From assembly GCA_963664815.2 (NCBI GenBank), contig CAXXHB010000003.1, positions 1,440,001 to 1,504,000 of the forward strand: a DNA stretch of 64,000 nucleotides, given 5' to 3'. The notes under the pieces are model-generated. The model was given only the letters and a program-made list of their open reading frames with translations, searched no databases and was not told the origin of the DNA. This document shows positions 51,361 to 60,857 of this stretch, piece by piece (within the stretch, counting starts at the first letter, position 1; each line of letters begins with the position of its first letter). Origin of the DNA: Spirochaetota bacterium (GTDB lineage: Bacteria > Spirochaetota > UBA4802 > UBA5550). The translations under genes were made by a program, and so were the position numbers.

Positions 51361-53229
51361 ATGGAAGTGACAAGTATGAAAAAAAAACTATTATTTTCGA
51401 TACTGATATTTTACGGGACAATTATTTTTGCCGCGACCCCTGATGAGTCAATCCAGCAGGCAAAAGTAAAGTACGCTGCAGGCAACCCATCTGAAGCTAT
51501 AGCAATTCTTGAAAATGTAGTGAAGGAAAATCCATCCAATCTGCAGGCAAAAAGGATTTTTGCGGATATATGTGTCGATACGGGTGAAAAAGAGTATGAC
51601 AACCGTAATTTCAAAAATGCCTATGAATACTTCAAGAAGGCTGTAAAGGTTCTTCCAACACATCCAATCGCTACTGAACGCTACTGGAAGATGAAAAGTG
51701 ATTTTGATGTAAGTAATCTGAAGAATGAGGGTGGAACATTATCTGTAAAAAACACAGCAGAAAAGGATAATGCTTCAGTAAATAAAACATCAAACAGGGA
51801 CATTACATCAGAAAATAAAGCTGCCTACACGGACACGGCAGCTGAAAAAAATAAAATCGAAACTGAGAAGGATAGAATCGAAGCTGAAAGAAAGAGAATT
51901 GAATCTGAAAGAAAGAGAATTGAAATTGAAAAAAAAGAGATCAGAAGAATTGAATCGAATCCGCGCATAGCAGAGGATATCTACGAGAAAAAAATACTCA
52001 ACATGGAGGAACGTTTTAACAAGCGCCTTCTTGATTTAAATACACAGCAGAAAAAAACAGAGTCTAAAGATAAGGAAAATGAATTTTTATCCGAAATTAC
52101 AGATAACTCTGCATATATGATAACAGCAGTGAGCCTGTTTGTTATTGCAGCAGCAGCTGTTGCAATGTTCCTTATGTTTCTTATTAAGTTTGTCCGAATA
52201 CGGAGTAAGTCAAAAAAAGGGGGCAAAGAGTATGAACGCCTCTTCGCGGATAACAGCGGCCAGTATTACAACGAACTTATTAAAATGCAGAATATTAAAG
52301 AACTGATTAATAAAATTAAATCCGGCGAACTGGACTGGTCAATGATAAAAAAATCGATCAGCGAGATGGACAGGGAACTCAGGCTTGAGGTTTTTTCATA
52401 TATTGAAACAAAGGTTGATCCTGATCGTCAGCCTTTAACAATGGGGCAGGCTGATATTCTTATGGCTCTGGTTCTTGATGGCGATGAATATCTCAGGCGG
52501 CGTGTTTCTTCATTCCTGAGTTCAAGTCTTTCTCATCAGGGTCTGTCCGGTGTTAAGGCATTGCCGAATATGCAGAGAATGATTGCTGATAAAAAAACGG
52601 CAGTACCACTTGCTGATCAGGCAGAAATTACGGCATCTATGGATTTAACCGTTGATATGGATATGGTTGTATCCCTGTCAAAACTTATTGACAGAAAAGT
52701 ATTCAATGACCGTCACGCTCTTCGTGTAGGTGTGGATGCTTACTATATGGCAGGACTTCTTGGCCTTTCACCGGAGGAGTGTAATCTTTTTTATATAGCC
52801 GGCCTGGTTCATGATGTTGGATATCTTGACGTCTCATCACAGGTACTGAACAAAAGGACGTCCCTTACAGAAAAGGAGTATGAAATAATCAGGACTCATA
52901 CTCAACGTGGTATTGAACTGCTTGATTTCATGATAATACACAGCATAGTAAATGATGGTATTCTTTTTCATCACGAAAGATTTTCAGGTGAAGGTTATCC
53001 TGAAGGACTTTCCGGGAAGAGTATTCCTCTTGTTGCAAGGGTAATCGCAATATTTGACATGTACGAAGCGCTGATACTTCCACGCCCGCAGAGACCGGCT
53101 TTTCCTGTTAAAGAAGCTCAGAAAATTATTAAAAAGGGATCCGGCAAAATATTTGATCCTGAGATCGTGAAAATATTCGAGAAAATGGCGAAAGAAAACC
53201 TGTTATCCAGAGAGGATATATGGAAGTAA
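51361..53229 (+). CDS. Periplasmic TPR/coiled-coil - TM - cytoplasmic HD-GYP protein
   Basis: Signal peptide, TPR helices, heptad repeats, one TM; H..RV, VHDVG, HHERFSGEGYPEGL. Confidence 0.87.
   Translation: MEVTSMKKKLLFSILIFYGTIIFAATPDESIQQAKVKYAAGNPSEAIAILENVVKENPSNLQAKRIFADICVDTGEKEYDNRNFKNAYEYFKKAVKVLPTHPIATERYWKMKSDFDVSNLKNEGGTLSVKNTAEKDNASVNKTSNRDITSENKAAYTDTAAEKNKIETEKDRIEAERKRIESERKRIEIEKKEIRRIESNPRIAEDIYEKKILNMEERFNKRLLDLNTQQKKTESKDKENEFLSEITDNSAYMITAVSLFVIAAAAVAMFLMFLIKFVRIRSKSKKGGKEYERLFADNSGQYYNELIKMQNIKELINKIKSGELDWSMIKKSISEMDRELRLEVFSYIETKVDPDRQPLTMGQADILMALVLDGDEYLRRRVSSFLSSSLSHQGLSGVKALPNMQRMIADKKTAVPLADQAEITASMDLTVDMDMVVSLSKLIDRKVFNDRHALRVGVDAYYMAGLLGLSPEECNLFYIAGLVHDVGYLDVSSQVLNKRTSLTEKEYEIIRTHTQRGIELLDFMIIHSIVNDGILFHHERFSGEGYPEGLSGKSIPLVARVIAIFDMYEALILPRPQRPAFPVKEAQKIIKKGSGKIFDPEIVKIFEKMAKENLLSREDIWK
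51844..51957 (+). repeat. 21-nt coding repeats (EKxRIEx heptads)
   Basis: EKNKIET/EKDRIEA/ERKRIES/ERKRIEI. Confidence 0.7.
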
Positions 53230-54005
53230 TCAAAGATAATGTTCACATATCATTTATAGGATCACGTGAAAATGTCGGTAATAGTTTTGTCAGCCTTAAT
53301 TTTGCCATAGAGATGGTTTCGCGGAATTTTCATGTAATATACAGCAGTTGTGAGGATGACAGCGGTAACAGAGATTTTTTTAAATATATATCCCCGGTAA
53401 AAGGGAAAGACAGTATAGGGATACATAAAACAAAAATAGATAAAATGGAACTGATATCTTTTTCAAAAAACTTTGACTCAAGATATTCTGTTAAAGTTGA
53501 AGAGCTTATAAAAGAGCTGGGAGGGAAATCTGATATTTTCATCTACAATATAAAGGATCCGCTCGCACATCCCTACAATACACTTCTTCAGAATTCAGAT
53601 ATCTGGATTATTACTCTGAGAATTGAAGCAACGGCTGTTTCAGACTATTTTAATGTGGTTAAAAAAATGCTTATGCTTGAGAAGCATCCGGCTGATATCT
53701 TTATAGTATTCAATTATACTCATGATATAGAAAGGGCTTTTGATATGTATCATAAGATACTGAAAGAAACAGTTGAGCTCTCAGTCGGGATTCGCCCGCT
53801 GTTCCTTGGAATTATTCATAATGACATATTGAGACATTCTTACGCGTTGAAACTCGGGATTCCTGTAAGGCAGGCCTTTTCAGAGTGCAGCATCAGCGGG
53901 TCAATATCATTTATGGCAGATAAAATAATCCGTAAAAAACCTGAGGTTGTCACATCCGGCAATTCATTGCTGTTATCAGTGGATGGTTGTAATGACGATA
54001 TTTAA
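53220..54005 (+). CDS. MinD/FlhG-like protein with degenerate Walker A
   Basis: GSRENVGNSFVSLNFA; EATAVSDYFNVVK (cf. EPTSITDAY); IVFN; LGIIHND. Confidence 0.65.
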   Translation: MEVIKDNVHISFIGSRENVGNSFVSLNFAIEMVSRNFHVIYSSCEDDSGNRDFFKYISPVKGKDSIGIHKTKIDKMELISFSKNFDSRYSVKVEELIKELGGKSDIFIYNIKDPLAHPYNTLLQNSDIWIITLRIEATAVSDYFNVVKKMLMLEKHPADIFIVFNYTHDIERAFDMYHKILKETVELSVGIRPLFLGIIHNDILRHSYALKLGIPVRQAFSECSISGSISFMADKIIRKKPEVVTSGNSLLLSVDGCNDDI

Positions 54006-54188
54006 CTGATTTTTGCTGTGACAAAACATACCATGACTTTTTCCTGCAATGAATAATGGAAGAAGGTTCGTATTCTATCTCCATCCGGATTTATAATTAA
54101 TGAATAAATACATCATTTCAGACAATTAATTATTTCTTGACTTGGCCCCTGTAAAAGGTAAAATAATATATCTTCAAAGGAGGCAACT

Positions 54189-55502
54189 ATGACAGCCGGA
54201 GCTCTTATATTCCTGGGTTTCTGTATAATTGCAGCATCATTTATTCTTGTTTCTGTAAGAATATTTCAGGTGCGGCCAGATTTTGTTAAAAAGGTTATGA
54301 AGTATGCCCTGATTTTTATCTTTACAGCTGTTTTCAGCATTGTTGCTATTACAATAGGATTTCGTATTGACGACAGGCACTCAAAAAGTTATTCCTCAAA
54401 TTTAAAGTCTGTCCAGGAGATCTGGGGTGGTGAGATAATTCAGCAGCTCCCTTCTTTTACGTTCATGGAGAAAGGATATATTGAACGTGAGAATAAAAAG
54501 ACGGGTGAGATGGAGAGGGTAATCACTGACGTAAGCAGAAACATGGGTATTTCCGACCAGAAGGTAAAAGTAAAAATAAAATCAAATATAAGACAGAAGG
54601 GTCTGTTAAAATATCCCGGGTTCAATCTGGATTTCAACGGCAGGTATGTGTTGAGGAATCTCAACAAAAAAAGTGAAAAACTCTCATTTTCATTCCCTCT
54701 TCCGCAGGGAGCGGGAAATATTACCGATATAAAAGTAAAGTTAGGGAATAAGGATTATACAGGTGACTCTGACTTTTCAGACGGAGTTCAGTGGGATGGA
54801 GTTCTTTCCGGAGATGAAACCGTAACTGTTGAAGTCAGCTACAACGCCCAGGGGACAGGCACATTTGATTATGCCATGGGGAGTGAAAAGGCCGAGATTA
54901 AAAGCCTCGATGTTGAAATTACTACCGATTTTACCGACAGCGATATACCAAACGGAGCGATGGTGCCTACAACATCATCTGGTGACAGCAAAGAGATGAA
55001 GTATACCTGGAGAGCATCAAACCTTGTTACGGGACAGAATATATCTTTAAAATTCAAGGCTGAGGGTAATTACGGAGAGATTGTTTCCAGATTGTTCTAT
55101 TATGCCCCCATAGCGCTGTTTTTATTTATAGGCTTTCTTCTTGTCTTCTGTGTCTCTAAAAATATCAACCTCCACCCGATGCACTATCTCTTTATTATAA
55201 CTGGTTTTTTTATTTTCTATCTGCTCGGCTCATATCTTGTCAGTTATATGAACATTATACTTGCGGTTTTTATTTCACTTGTTGTATCAACCGGGATAAT
55301 TTTATACTACTGCTCGTTAATCGGGAAGGGAAAAGACATTACAAGGATAGCATTCTTCGGTGCGCTTCTTTTTCAGTGGATTTTTTCAGCTGCTTTTTTT
55401 ATCCCTGAACATACAGGATTCCTTATTACTATAGCAAGTATAATCGCTTTTGTTTTCCTGATGAAAACCACCGCTGCAGTTGACTGGGAGAATAAATGGT
55501 AG
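54189..55502 (+). CDS. CreD-like inner membrane protein
   Basis: IWGGEIIQ, large periplasmic domain, LHPMHY, multiple C-terminal TM helices. Confidence 0.7.
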   Translation: MTAGALIFLGFCIIAASFILVSVRIFQVRPDFVKKVMKYALIFIFTAVFSIVAITIGFRIDDRHSKSYSSNLKSVQEIWGGEIIQQLPSFTFMEKGYIERENKKTGEMERVITDVSRNMGISDQKVKVKIKSNIRQKGLLKYPGFNLDFNGRYVLRNLNKKSEKLSFSFPLPQGAGNITDIKVKLGNKDYTGDSDFSDGVQWDGVLSGDETVTVEVSYNAQGTGTFDYAMGSEKAEIKSLDVEITTDFTDSDIPNGAMVPTTSSGDSKEMKYTWRASNLVTGQNISLKFKAEGNYGEIVSRLFYYAPIALFLFIGFLLVFCVSKNINLHPMHYLFIITGFFIFYLLGSYLVSYMNIILAVFISLVVSTGIILYYCSLIGKGKDITRIAFFGALLFQWIFSAAFFIPEHTGFLITIASIIAFVFLMKTTAAVDWENKW

Positions 55503-56806
55503 AGAGAAACCTCAGCCTCTTTAAGGGGCTCGACGAAAAGATAACCCCTCTTGCGGAGAGATGCAGGCCTTCATCAATTGATGAGTATATCGGGCAGGAG
55601 CACCTTACTGCAAAAGGGAAAATTATACGTTCAGCCATAGACGGGAAAAGGGTGTTTTCAATGATACTCTGGGGTGATCCGGGAACCGGCAAGACAACTC
55701 TCGCGAAGATAATAGCGGAGAGCTGTGAAATGGAGTATCATTACCTCAGTGCGGTATCCTCAGGCGTTGCTGATGTGCGCAAGGTAATAACATCGGGGGA
55801 AAAGAACAGACAGATGGGGAGGCAGACACTTCTCTTCCTTGATGAAATTCACCGGTTCAACAAGGCGCAGCAGGATGCGGTACTCGGCGCAGTGGAATCG
55901 GGTGATATTGTACTTATAGGGGCAACTACGGAAAACCCCTCATTCAGCGTAATATCACCTCTGCTGTCTCGGGCCAGGGTAATGAAGCTTCAGAGACTTT
56001 CAGAAAAAAGCCTTGAGACTATTCTTGATAATGCGGTTAAATCAGATCATATACTTAAAGAGGGCAATATAACCTTTGAGGATGGGGTAAAGGAGAATGT
56101 TGTACTTTTAGGCAACGGGGATGCAAGGAGAATGCTTAACATACTGGAAGTATCCTTTATGCTTTCAGGCGACGGTGTGATTACGGAAAAGGCTGTAAAG
56201 GAGGCATTTGAAAGCACAGTACTTTATTATGACAGGAAGGGGGACAGGCATTACGACACAATCTCCGCCTTTATCAAATCGCTGCGCGGCTCGGATCCTG
56301 ACGCCGCAGTTTACTATATGTCAAGAATGATACTGGCCGGTGAGGACCCTGAGTTTATCGCGCGGAGAATGGTGATACTCGCCTCGGAGGATATAGGAAA
56401 TGCATCCCCGGCGGCGCTTAACCTGGCGGTATCAACCCTTACGGCAGTAAAAAGCATAGGAATGCCGGAATCCGAGATAATACTTTCGCAATGTGCCATA
56501 TTTCTAGCCTCTGCCCCGAAGAGCAACGCTTCATACATGGCAATAAAAAGCGCTAAGGATGCAGCTCTGTCCGGCGATTACGAGATTCCGCTTCATATAA
56601 GAAATGCGCCGACTGGTCTTATGAAAAAAATGAATTACGGGAGAGATTATAAATATCCTCACGATTATGATAATCATTTTGTTGATGATACATATCTCCC
56701 GGAGGAGTTAAAGAATTCCCGCTTTTATAATCCGACAGAGAACGGCAGCGAAAAGTCCATTAAAGAGAGACTTATGTCGCTATGGCCGGAGAGATTCAGG
56801 AAGTAG
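55496..56806 (+). CDS. rarA: Replication-associated recombination protein A
   Basis: PLAERCRP, GDPGTGKT, DEIHRFNKAQQD, GATTENP, SAFIKSLRGSDPDA, ASEDIG. Confidence 0.95.
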   Translation: MVERNLSLFKGLDEKITPLAERCRPSSIDEYIGQEHLTAKGKIIRSAIDGKRVFSMILWGDPGTGKTTLAKIIAESCEMEYHYLSAVSSGVADVRKVITSGEKNRQMGRQTLLFLDEIHRFNKAQQDAVLGAVESGDIVLIGATTENPSFSVISPLLSRARVMKLQRLSEKSLETILDNAVKSDHILKEGNITFEDGVKENVVLLGNGDARRMLNILEVSFMLSGDGVITEKAVKEAFESTVLYYDRKGDRHYDTISAFIKSLRGSDPDAAVYYMSRMILAGEDPEFIARRMVILASEDIGNASPAALNLAVSTLTAVKSIGMPESEIILSQCAIFLASAPKSNASYMAIKSAKDAALSGDYEIPLHIRNAPTGLMKKMNYGRDYKYPHDYDNHFVDDTYLPEELKNSRFYNPTENGSEKSIKERLMSLWPERFRK

Positions 56807-56918
56807 GACACGTTATTTTAAAAGGCCTGAATCCATTTTGGTAAAGATGGTTTTAGCCATTACTCTTTGAGCACACATTGTCGGTAAAGTATACATTCAG
56901 CAGCCATAACTGCCCGGC

Positions 56919-56943
56919 CCCCGCACCTCCGGAGGTGGCAAAG
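56919..56943. repeat. 25-nt direct repeat, copy 1 (palindromic core)
   Basis: ccccgcacctccggaggtggcaaag; core cacctccggaggtg is a perfect 14-bp palindrome. Confidence 0.85.
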
Positions 56944-57081
56944 TGACATTTCCGTAATCCAATCTGGTAAATTTTTTAAAAATTCTGCTTGCACCATGTC
57001 ATTTGCTTTTCCGGACTGGTTATAAGAGACATAAGTTTCAATATAACGATAAAAAATAATGATAAAAAGGAGACTAAATGA

Positions 57082-57627
57082 ATGGCCAGAGTAAAGCTTC
57101 ATCCCTATCTAAGAACTGCGCATGGAGGTCTGGACGGCCTTGTACTTTACAGACGCTATGGTAAAATTTACATTAAAAGACGTACAATCCCGGTTAATCC
57201 ACGCACTGAACCTCAGGTGAAGTGCAGGGGTAATTTCAGCGGCAGCGTAAAAGCATGGCAGGTGCTTCCGGAAGAGGAGAAGGATATTTACAGAAACAGG
57301 GCAAAGAGGAAGAAGAAGTCCGGTTACAATCTCTTTATGTCTGAATACCTTCGTGGCATTGCACCTGGTTCCCCTGTAACTCCATCGGGAAGCGGCGGAA
57401 CAGGGGATGCAGTGGTTGTATCCGCTTCCGGTGAAGTTAAAGAATATACCAGTTACTGTTCAGAAAACAGCAGATCAGCAGATAGACAGAGTAATATTAG
57501 TGCAGCAAAAGACAGAGGTGCAACTATTAAAGCGGAACTCAGGCAGTATATAGACCCTGTTAAAAACCGTTTCAATACCGTTTCAATACCGTTTAAGGCA
57601 GAGAAAAACGCGCATTTAAAGCTGTAA
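57082..57627 (+). CDS. Basic putative nucleic-acid-binding protein (DUF6266-like N-terminus, HMG-like motifs)
   Basis: AAGGAG RBS; HGGLDGLVLY…GK…NPRTEPQ…R..F…AWQVLPEEEKDIY…A…SGYNLFMSEY; low-complexity tail. Confidence 0.7.
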   Translation: MARVKLHPYLRTAHGGLDGLVLYRRYGKIYIKRRTIPVNPRTEPQVKCRGNFSGSVKAWQVLPEEEKDIYRNRAKRKKKSGYNLFMSEYLRGIAPGSPVTPSGSGGTGDAVVVSASGEVKEYTSYCSENSRSADRQSNISAAKDRGATIKAELRQYIDPVKNRFNTVSIPFKAEKNAHLKL

Positions 57628-57663
57628 GTAGCGTGTTTGAGGCGTAATTGAAGCGAAACTGAA
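57554..57663. repeat. ~11-nt periodic repeat tract
   Basis: accgtttcaat at 57566 and 57577, accgtttaagg at 57588; gc-initiated units at 57610, 57621, 57631, 57642, 57653. Confidence 0.6.
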
Positions 57664-57819
57664 TACTCTGTAAACAGATTGTGATATTTGTCATAAATCT
57701 GCCGTGAATTTGAATCTGAAACAGCTGATGCACGATGTAAAGAATGTTCGTGTACAGAAAAACTGTGCGCAGAAAATCCTGCCAATTACCTGAATCTGAT
57801 GTATCATAAATCACAAAGA

Positions 57820-57844
57820 CCCCGCACCCCCGGAGGTGGCAAAG
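57820..57844. repeat. 25-nt direct repeat, copy 2
   Basis: ccccgcacccccggaggtggcaaag, 24/25 identical to copy 1. Confidence 0.85.
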
Positions 57845-58105
57845 CATCTTCAAGTTCCTTCTCCGGGAAAAATAGGGTACCTTCGCTGGGTGACCTGTGC
57901 TTCACATAAAAAGCGGATACAAGTCATTTTAATAAAGGGCGTTTTTAATCTTCCGGACATATCCAGAGCTCGTCGCATGGGGGCAGGGATTTGAAATATG
58001 ATGCTGATAATCATCGTTCAGAAGAATCTTTCACTATTCTGAGAAAAACACTTGATTCCCTGACGCTGCGTTAATAATTGGATTAATTTGTTTTATGGAG
58101 TTTAA

Positions 58106-58405
58106 ATGAAAGAGATCAGCACCAGTCAGAAGAAAAAGCTAAAGGCTCTGGCACACAAGCTTAAACCGGTTGTCCTTATCGGGCAGAAGGGGATAACAGA
58201 GAACCTTGTCAAATCAGTGGATAAAGCGCTTGAAGCTCATGAATTGATAAAAGTAAAATTTATTGATCTTAAAGATGAAAAGATAGAATTAACAGATAAG
58301 GTTGTAACCGGTACCGGATCATTTCTTGTCAATATGATAGGCAACACGGTAATTCTTTATCGTGAAAATCCGGAACGCCCGAAAGATGAGAAGATCAGAA
58401 TATAG
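58106..58405 (+). CDS. yhbY: YhbY/CRM RNA-binding protein
   Basis: LKALAHKLKPVVLIGQKG…HELIKVK…IGNTVILYR. Confidence 0.93.
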   Translation: MKEISTSQKKKLKALAHKLKPVVLIGQKGITENLVKSVDKALEAHELIKVKFIDLKDEKIELTDKVVTGTGSFLVNMIGNTVILYRENPERPKDEKIRI

Positions 58406-58448
58406 ATTATTGAAGGATTAACTGGTGCAGGCCTGTGCCATGAATTTT

Positions 58449-58564
58449 GGCTTCGACTTCACTCAGCCATCGATAAAAGAAATCTTATCTGCATAAAACA
58501 GAATTATTGTTCCCTGAGAGTAAATCCATAGTTTAACCGATTGTCAGGTCTGATAACCGAAGGG
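58449..58564. repeat. Degenerate REP-like element pair
   Basis: ggcttcgacttcactcagcc, then ccctgag…cgaaggg; related atgcttcgttctgttcagcat at 19467. Confidence 0.4.
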
Positions 58565-58604
58565 AAAGTCTGATGTGAAACAAAAATGTTTACAGGAGAT
58601 ATAT

Positions 58605-59618
58605 ATGAAAAAGTACAATGTCGTAATACTCGGCGCACTTGGCGCAGTAGGTAATGAGTTCAGGAAGATACTGCTCCAGAGAAAATTTCCGATTGATAAG
58701 ATAAAGTTTCTTGATCTGACAGATGTGGGGACAGAGGTGCAGTTTGGTAAACGCATGGTTACAGTTGAAGCTCCGGATGAAAACTCCTTTAAAGGTTATG
58801 ATATAGCGCTTTTTTCTGCCGGCGCAGATGTAAGTTTAAAGATAGCAAAACAGGCGGCCGCATCCGGCTGTATAGTAATAGATAACAGTTCCGCGTGGAG
58901 AATGGACCCGGAGATTCCGCTTGTAGTCCCGGAGGTTAATCCTTATGATGTTGAATGGCATAAAGGGATTATTGCAAACCCTAACTGTTCAACAATTCAG
59001 ATGCTGCTTCCTCTCAAACTTATACATGAAAAAGCAAGAATAAAAAGGGTAGTGGTCAGCACATATCAGGCTGTTTCAGGTACAGGAATTAAAGCGATAG
59101 ATGAATGCCGTGCGCAGGCGCTTGAAGTTGCCCAGGGGAAACCTGTTTCAAAGGTATCGGTTTATCCTCACCAGATAGCGTTTAATGCTCTCCCGCAGAT
59201 AGACGATTTTCTGGAGAACGGGTATACCAAAGAAGAGATGAAGATGCTTAATGAAACAAGAAAAATAATGGGGGACAACTCCATAAAACTGACAGCAACT
59301 ACTGTAAGGATACCTGTAATATATGGTCATTCGGAATCGGTAAATATTGAGACAGAGAAAAAGATTACAGCAGCAGAGGTTAAGAAACTACTGAAGGGTA
59401 AACCGGGCATAACCGTTGTGGACAATCCTTCTAAAAAACAGTACCCTATGCCTATAGATGCAGCCGGCCTTGACGATGTATTTGTAGGCAGGATAAGAGA
59501 AGACGAATCCATTGAAAATGGTATCAACATGTGGATTGTATCGGACAATATCCGTAAGGGGGCCGCGCTTAATACAATTCAGATAGCTGAACTTTTGATT
59601 AAAAGGAAACTTGTTTAA
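58605..59618 (+). CDS. asd: Aspartate-semialdehyde dehydrogenase
   Basis: GALGAVG, DNSSAWRM, ANPNCST, YQAVSG, GHSE, DNIRKGAALN; ATG 58605 after AGGAG. Confidence 0.96.
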   Translation: MKKYNVVILGALGAVGNEFRKILLQRKFPIDKIKFLDLTDVGTEVQFGKRMVTVEAPDENSFKGYDIALFSAGADVSLKIAKQAAASGCIVIDNSSAWRMDPEIPLVVPEVNPYDVEWHKGIIANPNCSTIQMLLPLKLIHEKARIKRVVVSTYQAVSGTGIKAIDECRAQALEVAQGKPVSKVSVYPHQIAFNALPQIDDFLENGYTKEEMKMLNETRKIMGDNSIKLTATTVRIPVIYGHSESVNIETEKKITAAEVKKLLKGKPGITVVDNPSKKQYPMPIDAAGLDDVFVGRIREDESIENGINMWIVSDNIRKGAALNTIQIAELLIKRKLV

Positions 59619-59623
59619 TTGAT

Positions 59624-59659
59624 AAAAAGAGGGGCTGTCTTTCAGGGCAGCCCTTTTTT
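59624..59659 (+). terminator. Intrinsic (likely bidirectional) terminator after asd
   Basis: aaaaa…gggctgtc…ggcagccc-tttttt. Confidence 0.85.
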
Positions 59660-59667
59660 ATATGTTT

Positions 59668-60051
59668 CTATGTCGAAACTTTGTCAATCCGGAGAGTAAT
59701 TCCGCTGATTCTGTTCTCTTCAGGTTTATATGACAGCAGTTCAATACCGATAGGTTCATTTGTTTCTGAATCCTTAATAAGGATCAGGCCATCACCCATT
59801 TCAGTGCATATCTGATTTTTCTTGGCTGTTGCCAGGCAATTGTCATATCGATACCTGAATAAAAAAGAAAAATGTATTCATCCCTTTTGCTTTTGCGTAT
59901 TTCATCTGGATTTCTCAGGGTTTCTTTAACATCTTCTATTTTGCCATCAAGCTCCGGATGCTTGGTTAATAATTTATCATAATACTGAAGTGTCGTATGA
60001 ATAGTAAAATCCAGCGGGGATAATATTTCAAATATATAATCGTTCGTTAAA
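59668..60051 (-). pseudogene. Collapsed toxin-antitoxin remnant (PBECR/DUF4258-like toxin N-half + DUF2283-like antitoxin C-half)
   Basis: Startless frame IFEILSPLDF…KHPEL…TLRNPDEIRKSKRDEYIFLFY joined, with a frameshift, to ICTEMGDGLILIKDSETNEPIGIELL. Confidence 0.6.
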
Positions 60052-60171
60052 GATTGCCATTATTCATTTGCAATATAGTGATATTATGAAATATTCAATG
60101 TCAATAATTTTAATCGCGCATTGCTGTATTAAATTTATTGACAATCTTAGATAACTGGTTAAATCTATTTT

Positions 60172-60564
60172 ATGGATATAAAAGAACATATTTTTTACTG
60201 GGAAGAAAGTGCGGCTCATGATCTTGAAAGTGCCGAAAGCCTTTTTTCTGCTGGTAAATATGACTGGTGCCTTTTTATTTCTCATATTGTTATTGAAAAG
60301 ATGCTGAAAGCTATATATGTTTCTTCTCATAATAATGAAGTTCCTCCAAAGGTTCATAACCTTGTAAGACTCGCTGAGCTTTCGGGTTTAAATTTTTCAG
60401 AGGAACAACTGGATTTTCTTGATAAAATTAATGATTTTAATATTGAAGCACGTTACCCGGATTACAAGTTTTCATTTTATAAAATATGTACTCAAGAATT
60501 CACATCTGAATACTTTAATAAAATCAAAGAGCTTTATTTATGGATAAAATCCCGGACAGCATAA
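60172..60564 (+). CDS. HEPN domain protein
   Basis: W…A.HDLESA, EKMLKA, PPKVHNL, EARYPD. Confidence 0.9.
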   Translation: MDIKEHIFYWEESAAHDLESAESLFSAGKYDWCLFISHIVIEKMLKAIYVSSHNNEVPPKVHNLVRLAELSGLNFSEEQLDFLDKINDFNIEARYPDYKFSFYKICTQEFTSEYFNKIKELYLWIKSRTA

Positions 60565-60857
60565 AAAACATTATCGACAGATATATCAATGTTCTCTGCA
60601 GCAATGATATATCTGTTGAAAGCGCGTTTCTTTTTGGCAGCTATTCCAAAGGTACTTCCGATGAGTGGAGCGACATTGATATAGCCCTTGTTTCAGGAAT
60701 TTTCACCGGTGACCGGATAAGGGACAGGGACAAGGTCAGAAAATTCACACGCAGGGTTTCATCAATGATTGAAGTGATGCCTTTCAGTATTGAAGATTTT
60801 AATGACACCAATCCTTTTGCCAGGGAGATTATAAAAACAGGTATCAGAATCCTGTAA
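60540..60857 (+). CDS. Minimal nucleotidyltransferase (MNT), HEPN partner
   Basis: LFGSYSKGTSDEWSDIDIA (GS-x10-DxD). Confidence 0.9.
   Translation: MDKIPDSIKNIIDRYINVLCSNDISVESAFLFGSYSKGTSDEWSDIDIALVSGIFTGDRIRDRDKVRKFTRRVSSMIEVMPFSIEDFNDTNPFAREIIKTGIRIL

Noticed and set aside
56919-57844. CRISPR array
   Set aside because: Only two repeats ~900 nt apart and no cas genes
58406-58604. Lysine riboswitch or leader before asd
   Set aside because: No recognisable L-box motifs; the sequence is better explained by REP-like remnants
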